This document shows, piece by piece, positions 1-12,434 of a DNA stretch of 64,000 nt. This DNA is from Nymphaea colorata. Its lineage: Eukaryota. The first letter of the stretch is position 1, and each line of letters opens with the position of its first letter. The notes under the pieces were generated by a model, which saw nothing but the letters and a program-made list of their open reading frames with translations, was not told the origin of the DNA and ran no database searches. Both the position numbers and the translations under genes were made by a program. The stretch spans positions 310,001 to 374,000 of the forward strand of contig NC_045138.2 in the NCBI RefSeq assembly GCF_008831285.2, written 5' to 3'.

Positions 1-175
1 AAGTTTGCCTCTAACATATGGTTGCTTCTTTAGTACTCCATGCGTTTCAGTTGGGGACCCATACAGAGGTTGGAAGATGTCGCTTCAAAGTAATTAGCGC
101 TTGATTTTTTGCGCCTAGAGGTGTTGTGGATATATATATATATATATATATATATTTCTGACTGCGTGATTGCAG

Positions 176-1759
176 GGGAGAATGGAACAATTGATGGTCA
201 GGGATTAATGTGGTGGGACCTGTGGTACAACAGGACGTTGGAGCACACAAGGGGACACCTCATAGAGTTCATCAACTCTCACAACATACTCATCTCCAAC
301 ATTACTCTTCTCAACTCTCCATTTTGGACTGTCCACCCTGTTTATTGCAGGTATACCTCTCTCTCTCTCTCTCTCTCTCTTTATATATATATATATGTCT
401 GTTTTTATTGCAGGTATACCTTTCTCTCTCTCATAGGGTTTCTGTTTTTTGCAGCAATGTGGTTGTCAAAGGTGTAACTATTCTGGCTCCACTTCACTCC
501 CCAAACACAGATGGTATAGACCCAGGTGTGATACATGGCATTCTTTGTTTTCTCCCTTTTTTTTAGCAAATGTTGCAGCTCGAATCAGCCTTGAATTGGA
601 ACCGGTGACAACCTGATTCGATTATGTGGTCACTTAGAGAGTGCCACCTGCCACTCTTTTTAACTATTTTTCAAAATATTTAGCACTTTCTTAGTTTTTG
701 AAACAATTTTCTTTTCTTTTTTTTTTTACAAATTGAATTTTATGTTCTCGACCGATTCGCAACAGATGCAGTTGAATCAGCAAATCAGCAATCCTACTCG
801 GAATTTGAATCCGATCGGTAATCAGATCTAAATTGGATCACTAATTGGTTATGTCCATTAATCCATTAATGACAAAGCCTCTTGGACATTCGAATGGATC
901 CACATTGACCCAGCTCAATCCAAACCTAGGTTCTCGGACATGTGAAATTCATATCTAAGCGCTAAAGTGTGGGTGACTCCAGCGCGGGTGTAGGTCTAAC
1001 ATCTGACTATTTGCTCTTTTTCGTTGAACCATTGTTATTTTTTAAACGTACATTTCACTGACACCTTTTATTGTTCATTTTTATGTCAAAGATTCAAGCA
1101 CTCATGTGTGCATAGAAGACTGTTACATTGAGAGTGGAGATGACCTGGTGGCTGTGAAGAGTGGCTGGGACCAGTATGGCATGGCCATGGCCCGGCCGAG
1201 CACCGACATTGTGGTCCGGCGGGTATCCGGCACAACGCCGACATGCTCCGGTGTTGGTATAGGAAGTGAAATGTCAGGCGGCATCTCGCAAGTGCAGGTA
1301 GAGGATATGCATGTCTGGAATTCAGCGGCCGGCATCCGGCTGAAGACTGACAAGGGTAGGGGAGGATACATTGCAAATGTGACCTTCACAAACATAACAA
1401 TGGAGAATGTGAAGGTGCCCATAAGGTTCAGCAGTGGCTCTAATGACCACCCAGATGAGGGGTGGGACCCCAAGGCACTGCCTACAGTGAGAGGGATTGT
1501 GATAAAGAATGTTAAGGGCTCTGGTGTGGGGAGGGCGCCACTCCTGGAGGGGCTTGAGGGGGCCATCTTTGAAGATATATGCATAGCTAATGTCAGTCTC
1601 CAAGGCATGGCACCAGGCAAGATGTCATGGCAATGTGATTTTGTTACTGGCTGGTCCAGTGATGTTCTACCAGCGCCATGCCCAAAACTTCAATCAAACA
1701 GCTCTTTACCCTGGTGCACGCGTATCGTTCAAGGAGCGACAGATCTCTGGGATACGTGA
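176..1759 (+). CDS. Polygalacturonase-family (GH28, pectin lyase-like) protein, 3' part; 5' exons lie outside the window or were not identified
   Basis: Exons 176-350, 455-525 and 1092-1759 have GT-AG borders and splice in frame: GENGTIDGQG...NSPFWTVHPVYCSNVVV...SPNTDGIDP/DSSTHVCIEDCYIESGDDLVAVKSGWD...GSEMSGG...GIRLKT...stop. The NTD, GDD and RxK motifs are GH28 hallmarks. Confidence 0.93.
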
Positions 1760-2370
1760 AACATCAACGATGAGATTTTTACGTTGTCATTTGAATGTTT
1801 ATCACTCAATCGACTAACAGCAATGCACAGGCCATAAAGCAGAGTAGAGAGGTTCACACCTTTCAAGATTCTGAGGCTCTCACGGCTACCAATTTGCAGA
1901 CACTGAAGTTCTTTTTGAGTCATTTCTCTGGGAATTCACAGATATGCATTCATCAGCAATGGGTTCAGTCGTCGGATGATGAAAAAAGAACTCAAGTGCT
2001 CTTAGTATGGGGCTTGGCATGTTCATGCCCATGCTAGTATATTATGTTTAGTTCATGCGAGGCTTGTTTTGTGTGACTGCTGTAAAGGGGGAGAACCAAA
2101 TCAGTTGTTTCAAGCTCTAAGAGCCCCAGATCTTGTACTATAGAAACCAAGGAAGGGATCGGTTTCACAATTTTGGCAAACTTAGATGAGGAATGGTCCC
2201 CCTTCTTTCTTTTTTTTTGAGTAATGAATTTGGCTGTTGATTTGTCCTGTAATGTAGCATACCCTCCAGCACGAGTTGGGTATATCGCTTATTTGCAAAT
2301 GCCATGAAATGAATGGAGTACGAAGAGTTGAAACAGTCTTTGACACATTAAGATTAGTTAGCATGAGTTT

Positions 2371-2406
<36 letters not shown>

Positions 2407-2736
2407 ATGTCCAAATTGAAGTAGATATTTGCAGCAGCATGCTTTCAGAATCAAGAAGAAGCCCAGGGTTTCTGGATCCTTCTGATGCTAGACTTCTGAA
2501 CTCGATGATCTTCACTTAACATCCTAAAAATGCTGGGAGTTTATGAACTTGGACATTTGGCAAGTAGAGCACCACGGCGAGCTAATTTATATGGATATGG
2601 ATAAATGGTACCCACGAAAAGGTATTCTGCAGTACTCATTTTGCAAGAAAAACTGGCCAAATAAATTATGTAATACAGCAAAAGCCATTCACAAGAGTAG
2701 AAAATACAGAGCGACCATGGAAGATGGCAATCTTCT

Positions 2737-3984
2737 TCACCATTTCCAGAAGACATTCGAACCACACTTGTACTTGTCTTTGCCTTCACATTCCAATTCT
2801 ATGTCATCGCTCAAGAACTTGACTTTCTGCAAATACAAAGAGAAACGACTTGTGTTAGCAGTTAGTGACTGCACAAGTGAGCACGAACCACTTAATTAGA
2901 GTTTCATGAGCTCAAAGTTTGAAGACCAACCCCTTTCTTCGCCAAGTCCTGGCATCCAGTGAAGTTCTCCGGGAACTTGCATGTTCCGAATTCGACTGTG
3001 TATGCGCGCGCAAAGTTAGCGTTGCTGGTTGCCAGACGCTTCTTATCATTCAGTTCCTACAAGTTCACAGTAGATCAGTTCCAGCTATTCCGGACTAAAC
3101 ATTCCCTAATATTAAACAAAATACTTCAACTTCTTTTGGAGAGGCTTGTCTGCGGATATAACATAATGGGTATTTGGCATTAGTTGCAGAAACTATTTTA
3201 CTTTCTAAGATCTAAGAGATGCTCAATTTGCAGAATTGTTGTCTGCTGAGGGTCATGTCGTCAAACAACCATGCTGGCCAGCTCTTGAACAGAGAACTGC
3301 AATATTTTGAGGAAAACAAGCTCATGTAAATAAGCTCATGTGGATAACCTACGCTTTACTCAGCTTAACTTCAAGTAAAAATTAACACTTCGAAATCCAA
3401 AGTGCTGCCAGTGGCTTCAAATGAAAACGATGCCAGAGAATTCAATGATAAATAAATGGGCACTTTTCAAATGACCAGTGAATTACAGTAACCGATTATA
3501 GGTGAGTGCGATGAAAATAAGACGCAATGAAAAAACTATGATAAATAGATGGATGATTCTACACCTCAACAAAGAAGGGATAATGGCATTAATGAGAATA
3601 AATGTTAGCACATAGAATTGCCAATCACAGGGTAGAGTAACGGAATCTCTCTCTCTCTCTCTCGATCAGGGCAGATTATTTTACCTTGTTGGTCTTGCTC
3701 TTCTCAAGGTAGTCCTCGATGACGCCAGCGTTAGCAGATGAGGAGGAGACGGCAGCAGTGGTGAAGAGTGCTGCGGCCAGGCAGAGCATGGCAGCCCTCC
3801 TGCCCTGCTTCTCACCCTCCTCGCTCTGGACCTTTCCCTGCTGTGCCCTGATGCATGGAGAGATCTGCTTGGCGCCAGCTGCAACAGGCTGCATGGAGAC
3901 GACCTTCCAGTTGGCAGCGTCCGATGGGCTGCTGCCCGCGAGGGCATAGCTGCACGCCAGCACGCTGGAGTTCATGGCTGCCAT
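2737..3984 (-). CDS. PSAN: Photosystem I reaction centre subunit N precursor (171 aa)
   Basis: Exons 3984-3685, 3056-2931 and 2826-2737. Translation: MAAMNSSVLAC...GRRAAMLCLAAALF...ANA|GVIEDYLEKSKTNK/ELNDKKRLATSNANFARAYTVEFGTCKFPENFTGCQDLAKKG/KVKFLSDDIELECEGKDKYKCGSNVFWKW*. Bipartite transit peptide with a twin-Arg Tat signal and AxA cleavage site, followed by the typical mature PsaN sequence. Confidence 0.97.
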
Positions 3985-4124
3985 GGCTGCTGCTGCTGCG
4001 GGGCTTGATTTCTGTGTGTGTACGCGTGCTGCACACACGTGCTGTGTAGTGAAATATGAAACAGGAGCAGAGGGAAAGAGCCCGTAGTTTTGATGAGAAA
4101 TAGGGGGAGAAGGGGAGAGTGCGT

Positions 4125-4200
4125 TGATGATGATAAGGTGTGTGGTGGCATGTGGATAAGGCGTGATTTCCTCACTCCTTGTAGTGGCTAGAAATTGGCT
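4125..4200 (-). promoter_or_regulatory. PsaN proximal promoter with paired I-box (GATAAG) elements and a CCAAT box
   Basis: GATAAGG at ~4132 and GGATAAGG at ~4154 (CCTTATCC on the gene strand), plus ATTGG at ~4194, lie 150-210 bp upstream of the ATG. This layout is typical of light-regulated photosynthesis genes. Confidence 0.55.
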
Positions 4201-4739
4201 AGGGATTCTCTTGGTTGGCCCACCGCAGATTTTGGAAGGTAAGGATCACAGTTATGTTGGTAGATGGTTCAGATTGATATCATCTAAATGAGTGTCACAC
4301 AAATCTATTTTTGAATCGAAACAATCAATCCCAATGGATTTGGTTATGGATTGGTAAAACTACTAAATTATTCAGTTTTGAAGACAATAAATGAAAATAA
4401 TTAATTAATTTAGAATAGGAAAGCTTTTGAAAATATTTAAATCAGCCAGTGAATAGGTTTGCCACCAATTAGATTGGAATTGGCCAATTCGGGAAGCCCG
4501 ATTGATTTTGGTGCAGCCAAAATGTGATGATCTGCATCCTTTAATATGGGAAGATATCATAGAGAGCAGGGCTTGATTACTACTAATATGGGAAGATTAA
4601 GATCGACGGGGATGCAGTTATAGTCGAACTCAATGAAGCACCATATTTAGTTTTATAAACTCTTTTTAGATTTATGCATCCTCGCAACTTTTGCAATTCC
4701 CCGAGGAAACATGGGGTGATTTAGCTTAAAGAACTCAAA

Positions 4740-5085
4740 AACAGATGTACTAGTATCTCCATGTGAGATACCCACTCTAGGTGAGTGGAAATAGTGCCTA
4801 CTGCCTAGGTGAGAGCCGAAACCCTCCCCCACTTCTCCCTCGTAGTAGGTGAGAGCAAAGCCCTCCCCCACTTCTCCCTCGAGTATGAGGCTGAAGTGTA
4901 CCATTATTTGGTTCCACCCTAGACAAGTACATCTATGTGAGATACCCAAAGTTTGGGTAAGCAGCAGGAGTACCCACTACCCACACGAGTGGCTCCTTTT
5001 CTCCCTCCACCGTAGAGGGGCTGTGTCAGGGCCTAGTATAGAGACATCATACCGTTCCATGGTATTCTTGGCCTAAGAGTGTAAC
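4740..5085. repeat. Repeat fragment with internal direct repeats, possibly a solo or partial LTR
   Basis: Two copies of TAGGTGAGAGC-n-AACCCTCCCC-ACTTCTCCCTCG (~4806-4881) and two of ATGTGAGATACCCA (~4761, ~4935). It ends in ...GAGTGTAACA (TGTTACACTC on the minus strand), which resembles an LTR start. The other end was not defined. Confidence 0.3.
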
Positions 5086-5785
5086 ACTCACAAAAATCAA
5101 ACTAACAATGCAGGATTTCATTAGAGCCAGTCTGACCAACTATGCTATGCCATTTGGGCCGATGTGAGATATGTCCGTTGGATGCATTGGCATGTGATCT
5201 TTGTAGGGGAAAGCAATGTTGCACTTAGTACTCATCTATACAACGGTTGGTAGCTAGGGCCCTATTGAAAATCCTATTTCAAAAACTGCCGAAAAGATTA
5301 TAAGAAAACAGAGAGTATTCAGTTATCACCGAACTAACAGTAATATCTTACAATACAGATGACAACTGCGATCAAGCATATATTCATGTCCAAAATATTA
5401 AATCCCCTCATCAATTGCTTTAAGTTCTTTCCCAGCATAAATACCTATGAGGACGGGAGACACACACAGATACACGCATGCAATAGCACATGAATTCTAG
5501 GGGATGGACTCGGTTGAAAACATTAGTTTATTGACTTTATTTATGTCTGAACACTTTGAAATATAACACAAATATATACAGAGATATTAGTGTACAGATA
5601 AAAATGGTTTCTTGTCGGCCATAATAATATTATATCATGATGGGCCAAAGTAAGGTTACAAGTTACAACGGTTTGTATGCTTCAGTATAATGTAAGTCTC
5701 AATCTATATACCAGATGCAGAGAATCTTATTTCCAGGAGTGGCTTGGCTGGAAAAAACGTGTAGTTTATATTGCCAACCATGAAA

Positions 5786-8503
5786 CTACCTAATTGTGCC
5801 ACAACGAATGGATGAAACTTTACATACGCCACCTGATGTGGTGAATGGCACATCCTTGTAATATGCCACAAGATCTTCTCCTGTTCTTAGGTCGACTTGC
5901 ACTGTCTCCCAGATCTTCTTCTTTGGGTTCAGTACATCATCTGGGTCGCCTGTGAACCCAGGGAATGTCACCCTCTCACCAAGACAAGCAGCCTCTGGTG
6001 GATCTACCAACTCGACCTGTAAAACAAGATCGTCATTTCATTAGCATCTTCAAGGGAAGATCAACGAAAGTGAACAGGATACCAAAAGCAGAGAGAGAGA
6101 GAGAGGTTTTTGTTTTCTCTCATCAAACTTATCCTTACTGTGGAATGATCATCACTGGAGGCTGCAAGAACCATGGCATGTGACTTGATGCCCCTCATCG
6201 TTGCAGGCTTCAGGTTGCAAAGAACGCAAACTTTGCGATTCTACATATTGATGCAACAAAAAGCTTTCAGAGCTTCATGATTTCAAATGCACCACAAGGA
6301 TTCTAAAATCTAACAAATAGAGACTTGTTGCTAATGTATCACTAGTTACACAAGCAGCCAACTAAGTTAATGAAAGGATTGGACTTCAAAGGCTTGAAAC
6401 TTATCCAACTTTAGTCAAAGTTCTGACTTGTCTCCTATGTGCATCCATCAATGCAGATGTTTCGACATAACCACCAATGCATTCTGTTAATTCAGCACAT
6501 TCTTGACTTCTTTTTTATTCACTATTAGTCAAAATCTGCATTATACACAAATCTACAGCAAAAAAGGGAAAAAAAAAAAAACCAAGTGGCAGGTTGGGAT
6601 ACGGTTCAGGGATTTTGGTTGCTATCATGCTATGGTTGCACCAAACCTCAACCAAATCACACTCCGAATATGTTTAGATTATCTGGATCCAGATCAGTTA
6701 GATTCCTAATCAGTGGAACTAAAAGAAACCATGCCATGTCAGCTAAATTATGATGTTGACTCAAAATAATGAAAAGATTCATGCCATTGAGTCATACTAG
6801 TTAGTGTAAGCAACACTCTGGCACAAGTCCATAAAGAGTAAGTAGCACCTGCATATCCTTCAGAGGGATGTACTTGACAAGGCCGCTAACAACAGTTCGG
6901 GGAGATGCTTCGCCTACATCTATCTCCTCAACATACAATGAATCAGCATCTGGATGCTTCTGAACCTTAGTGATAAGACCAACACGGATATCAAGTTGTG
7001 TAATAGAAACATCAGGTTCTTTGGCTTTTACTTTTGATGCAGGCTTTGTTGATTTCTTATTGATAGCTGACTCCTCTGCTCAAACAAATCAATAAGAAAA
7101 TAAAGAATAAACACACCAACCAAACTACAGTAAAGTGGCCTCCTGACAAATTAGTTATATGGCAAACTGAAAGGAGCAAAAGAAAATGGGAAACCACAAT
7201 TGGCATCCTTAGCACCAATAAAGGCTCTAACATAACAGAAAACAAAGTAAATCAGAAGAGCCAGTGATAAATGTCCATAGAAGACCATTACCTGAAATAG
7301 TTGTTTCCTGCAGCAGTTTAGCAGCTTTCTGTGCTTCAGATTCTGCTTTTGCAATCCTATCAGCCTGACTTCCAGCAAACTTCTGCCTGTATTTATCTAC
7401 TTCCTCATCTTTCTGAATGGAGAATTCACTTTTTAGGGCTTATAATTGCAGCTCCTTGATAAGTAGCAAAACAAAAACTCACAACCATTTCATGAAAATG
7501 AAATGGGAAGCATATTACAAAAATTCAGAGAACGCAAGACACATTACCATTTCAACAAATAATGGCTCTGGTTGCCCTATCTTGTGGCCAGCAGGAAGAA
7601 TGTCCCAAGGCTGCCTAGCCCTGCCTATATCTCCTTTCTCATCACAAAATGACAGTGCCTCAAAAGGTAAATTGAGTTGTTGTAGTACCTAGACATGTCA
7701 ATAACAGAGGAAAAAAGGTTGAACTGAGCAAAAAAAGAACCAATCAGAAACCAAACTATCTAATAGCAGTATCAGGTAAGAAATGTAAGAAATTAACATC
7801 CCAAAACCTAAACAACTTCCAGCATTACCTTAAAGCTGAAGGAGGGCATGAAAGGTTCTAACAGAGATGCCAATAAATGGACCACTCCAACTGATGTCTT
7901 CATTATAATAGAACAGGAAGCATTGTCCTCCTTATGTAGCTTCCAAAATTGACTCTCCTATATCATGCATAAAGTAACAGGAAAAGTATCAAGTAGAGAA
8001 CCTCAAAAAACATAACATTAGATACCATGGTGTTTATAAAAGATAGGCATCTTACTTGCAGGTACACATTCCCTTCTCCAGAAATTGCCATTGCTATTTT
8101 CAGCCCTTGTTTCAGTTTAACCTAACCCAAAAAACATGAGAATGAAATTCCCAAGCCTTAAGAATAGGAACAAGATTCCCACCAAGCCAAAAGGAAATTA
8201 AAGAAAAAGAAAAAAATTAGCACTCCAGTATCACCTTCTCCATAGCTTCCACATACTGTTCAACTAAGTTACCAACAGTATCTCCAAATCTTTTTGTCAG
8301 AATATGTGAGTCTGCATCAGGTGCATCTGGAACTATGGATCCATATCCTTCTCCTGCATTAAAGCCATATGTTTGCCTTTCACTTTTTCAATTTATAGAT
8401 TAATTTTAGTTTTTTATAAGCTTTGGATGAGGGTTTATAAATTTTATGGATGCATTTTGAATGTTGAACAAGGCTAGTAGCAACGATGCACACACACACA
8501 CAC

Positions 8504-8542
<39 letters not shown>

Positions 8543-9452
8543 CATTGTGTTGGCATATTCAAATTATGATCACCTTTGCTCTTTGAAATTCTATAGGTGA
8601 TTCCATCCCTATATCACTATATGTGTGGGTTTGTGACTAATCTTGTGTTATTTAAGGATATCCCAGCATATGCCAATGAACTGCAAAACGTGCGGCTAAT
8701 AGCATGAGTCAATCTAATAATGAAGTGATAAAAATGCTCAGAGCATGTCATTTTCAGCACCATCCTAACACAAGAAACATGATATTGAGGCAATGAACTT
8801 CGGAAGTGTAAGTGTGACACATGAACATAATATTGGTCCTGCTCCCTTTGCCTCAGGAAATACTCTTTCCAAACAAGGAACTAGGAAGCATGTTTCATAC
8901 CTATATCTGAAAGTTGCTAAAAACCAAAGGTACCAGAGAAGCTTGGCTCTTCTTTTTTCTCTTTTTCCTTTTTCTTTTTTTTCCCCTGCTGACAAGGAAC
9001 TCTTCAAAAGCTCAGAGCACTTATGAAGCTTGCTGGGGGTTAGGGCCCCAAGAGTCTGAGCTAATAACTAAATCAACTGTTCATACATTTGGCAGGATGT
9101 TGAACTTATTTTACTTGGATGCAACATCTTCATGGTTTCACTGAATATATATATTATGGTGCTAAATGATTGAGTTGGCTAGAACTGACCTCAAAGAATA
9201 AAAAAAAAAAAAAAACCACTGGGTCATATTTCGCATGCTGTTTTCCTATTTTCATGAAGTCAACTCAAAGATGAAATTTTAGATATTTTAAACTTTATAA
9301 TACTCATTTCGAGGTTGAATCCTCTGGGATGTTAAGATACAATTAGGCCTCTGAAGTGTCTCTCTATTCATGTCCTCTCTCCCCACCCCCAACACACAAA
9401 CACACATTGCTTGCATGTGCAAAAACACAACCATATGTATACATGCCTTCAA

Positions 9453-9488
<36 letters not shown>

Positions 9489-12402
9489 ATGCATACATAA
9501 ATGTTATGCACAAACACATGTAAGTTCATCAGGCATACATATATATATATATCTCCCATGCATACATAAATGTTATGCACAAACACATGTAAGTTCATCA
9601 GGCATACAATGATTGGCAACCCTGTGTTGATTCACAGCAAATATGACCCAAACTCAAAATCCTGCTGCAGATTATGAATGATACTGGAACCAAACATGAT
9701 CTAACACATTTTGTCCCCACCGAGGTCATCATTCTGTCTAAACTCACATGAAATAGTTTTATCCTAACCGACCAAACAGAGCCTTCACAGTGAAGTGCAC
9801 AGAAGCTAGCTGGAGAAATCTACATGGTTAGGGCCAATAACTGTCATTGACTGAAGGCCACTAGGCTACTAACAGAACTTGTACCAACCTGAAGGTTTGG
9901 CAATGAAGCTCAAGACTCGATGAATGAAGTTTCCCAAATTCTTCAAAAGCTCGCTGTTCTGTTTCGCCTGCAAATCTTTCCATGTAAACAGGGTATCTGA
10001 CACCTAGCAGATGCAATATTAGTATGTTAGTCTATATGAACAAAGTTATGAAATCATGATTTTAGGAACAGCGAAAGTAACAGTGAAACTTCTTTTAGTA
10101 TTGAATACCTCAGGCCGATTAGTTAGCAAGTAATAGCGCCATACTTCAACAGGAATATTTGTACTTTTTGCATCATTTCCAAAAACACCCATACCCTTAC
10201 TTTTGGAAAATTTCCCTGCAGAAAGTTTTGATGAAAATAACAAATAGGTCAACCAGCAGAATGCGAGACATAAAATTTACAATCTCTCTCTTTCGGATAA
10301 TTGAGTTTCCTACTCAGTAACTAATGTAACTAAACATCCGCCAAAATTGGAAAGAAACTAAGGTAACTAAACAAAGTAGAAAACAGACAAGTCAATATTG
10401 AAGTGACGCGCAGATAAAAAACTCATGCTCCCATCCATTCCTAGGAGACAGACCCACCAAGAACTTGAAGGATCTGATATGAATTCAGTAGGCCAGCCTT
10501 CACAAAGGGCTGTAGGAGTTCTAGCAATAACTTGTAGGTAAGTCCTAATACATGAATGACCTATTGATATACATACTCAACTGTCGTGTAGATAATTAAG
10601 AGCCAAATGTTACATTTTAGGCACTGAAGTTTGCAATGACTGCAAATTATAAGACTTAGATAGTAAACCTGCTTCATAATTCAAATACTCTGTTACACTG
10701 ATTGTCTTCATCAATGTCCAGCGCTCTCCAGTCCCTAGAAGTGTTGAAGGAAACATGACCTGAAACACATATATTTAAAGGAAATTGCAGAAATAAGTCC
10801 ACACATACAAGAAAAATGGTATGCAAACCCTGACAACCTTCACAAGTTAACTTCGATAAACCTATAGTTGGGTCACTTAGCATACCTATTTCTGCATAAG
10901 ATCCTAAGTCACACAAGTGCAGGCTGTGGGTGCAGATGTTGGCATGGGTGTGCCTTTTTTAAAAAAAATGGCAATTCCATGTGACTTGAATGGATCAGAC
11001 ACTACAACCAACATATGTACAACTGTGTCATATATGGGTACAATCATAGACAAAACAATGAATAACTGCATGCTTGCTTCTTGTGCACAACTGCATGCTT
11101 GCTTCTTGTGTACAACTGCATGCTTGCTTCTTGTGCACATTCAGAATGAATAATCTAAAGCACCAACAGCATAAACTGTTTTATCTTGACATTTGACAAG
11201 TGCCGGATCCTTATAATCATATGCATCAAGATTCAAATAGTAAGCTTGGATCTATTCATCTATATAATCAATGAGAAAGCCACTAAAACACACACACATA
11301 CAAACAAAGGTGATAAATACAGGGGAAACAAAAGCAAACAAGTTCATAAAACAAAGTAGTTGAACATAAGTTGGGGACTGTAGTTTTGCAGTGTGTCAAA
11401 AGTTGGACAATGAGCATTTCTCAGTAATGCACGGTTGCCCAATTTATTGATCCTGCCTTAGGAGAAAGCTGCTAAGATAAATACAAAAGAAGATCCAGTG
11501 CAAGGAAATAATTTTGGAGAAGTCTTAACATAAGCTCCAATTCACAAAATTTATAAAGCAACTAAATTCTACTTTGGTTCTTTCCTTGGCTTGCTTCAGC
11601 AGATTTCCACATCTGTGGCGGCAGATCTGGAATTATTTCAATGGCCACCAATGATGCTTCGTAGCCCAGAAATGCTTATAATCAGCCAATAGATTATTTC
11701 ATTAGCCAGTGTCCAAGTATGATGTGGGTCTGCTAGCCTAGTTTTCATCACTTACAAAATGATGATGATGCTTGCTGCTAAAAGTGACATCTGGGAGCCA
11801 CTCTGCAACAGATTTTTGAAGGCAGAAGTGAAACCTTGAAAAAGTTACCACAAGACCATGAACACTTGACTTAAAATACAATGTTTCAAATGATGTCAAA
11901 CATTTTTCAGTTTTCACTTAAGGAAACATGTAAGGCACTTACAGGAAAATAAAAATGGATATGAGCAACAGAAAGAAAAGCATAAACCTAACTGCAACAT
12001 CCTGTAGTGGACATAATTTTCTTCAATTAAAAATATCATCACACTTTATCAAATTCTCATCAAAACAATTTTGTTCAATGAACTCACTGTGTGAAAAGGC
12101 ACATTGTCTTTGCCCATGAACTGAAACAACTCCACGTTTTCAGGATTCTTCCACCACTTCTCCCATTCTGAAGCATAGCATGCTGTTATTGATATATATC
12201 CAATAGGAGCATCGAACCACACATAGAATACCTGAACAGTAAGTTGTGTGAGTCCAAAAGAAAAGTGCTGAACCTTCCAATGGTGCACAAGAATGCAAAT
12301 TACTTGATTAAGACTCTTTTCAAACCAAAAAAAAAAAACAAAAACGATTAACCTTTACTCATGCATAAACATGAACATGAAACATGCACGTGCACATTCT
12401 CA

Positions 12403-12434
<32 letters not shown>

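Noticed and set aside
1123..1620. 165-aa minus-strand ORF
   Set aside because: Antisense shadow of the polygalacturonase last exon.
11064..11138. Short direct repeats as a CRISPR-like array
   Set aside because: Head-to-tail minisatellite with no spacers, inside a eukaryotic intron.
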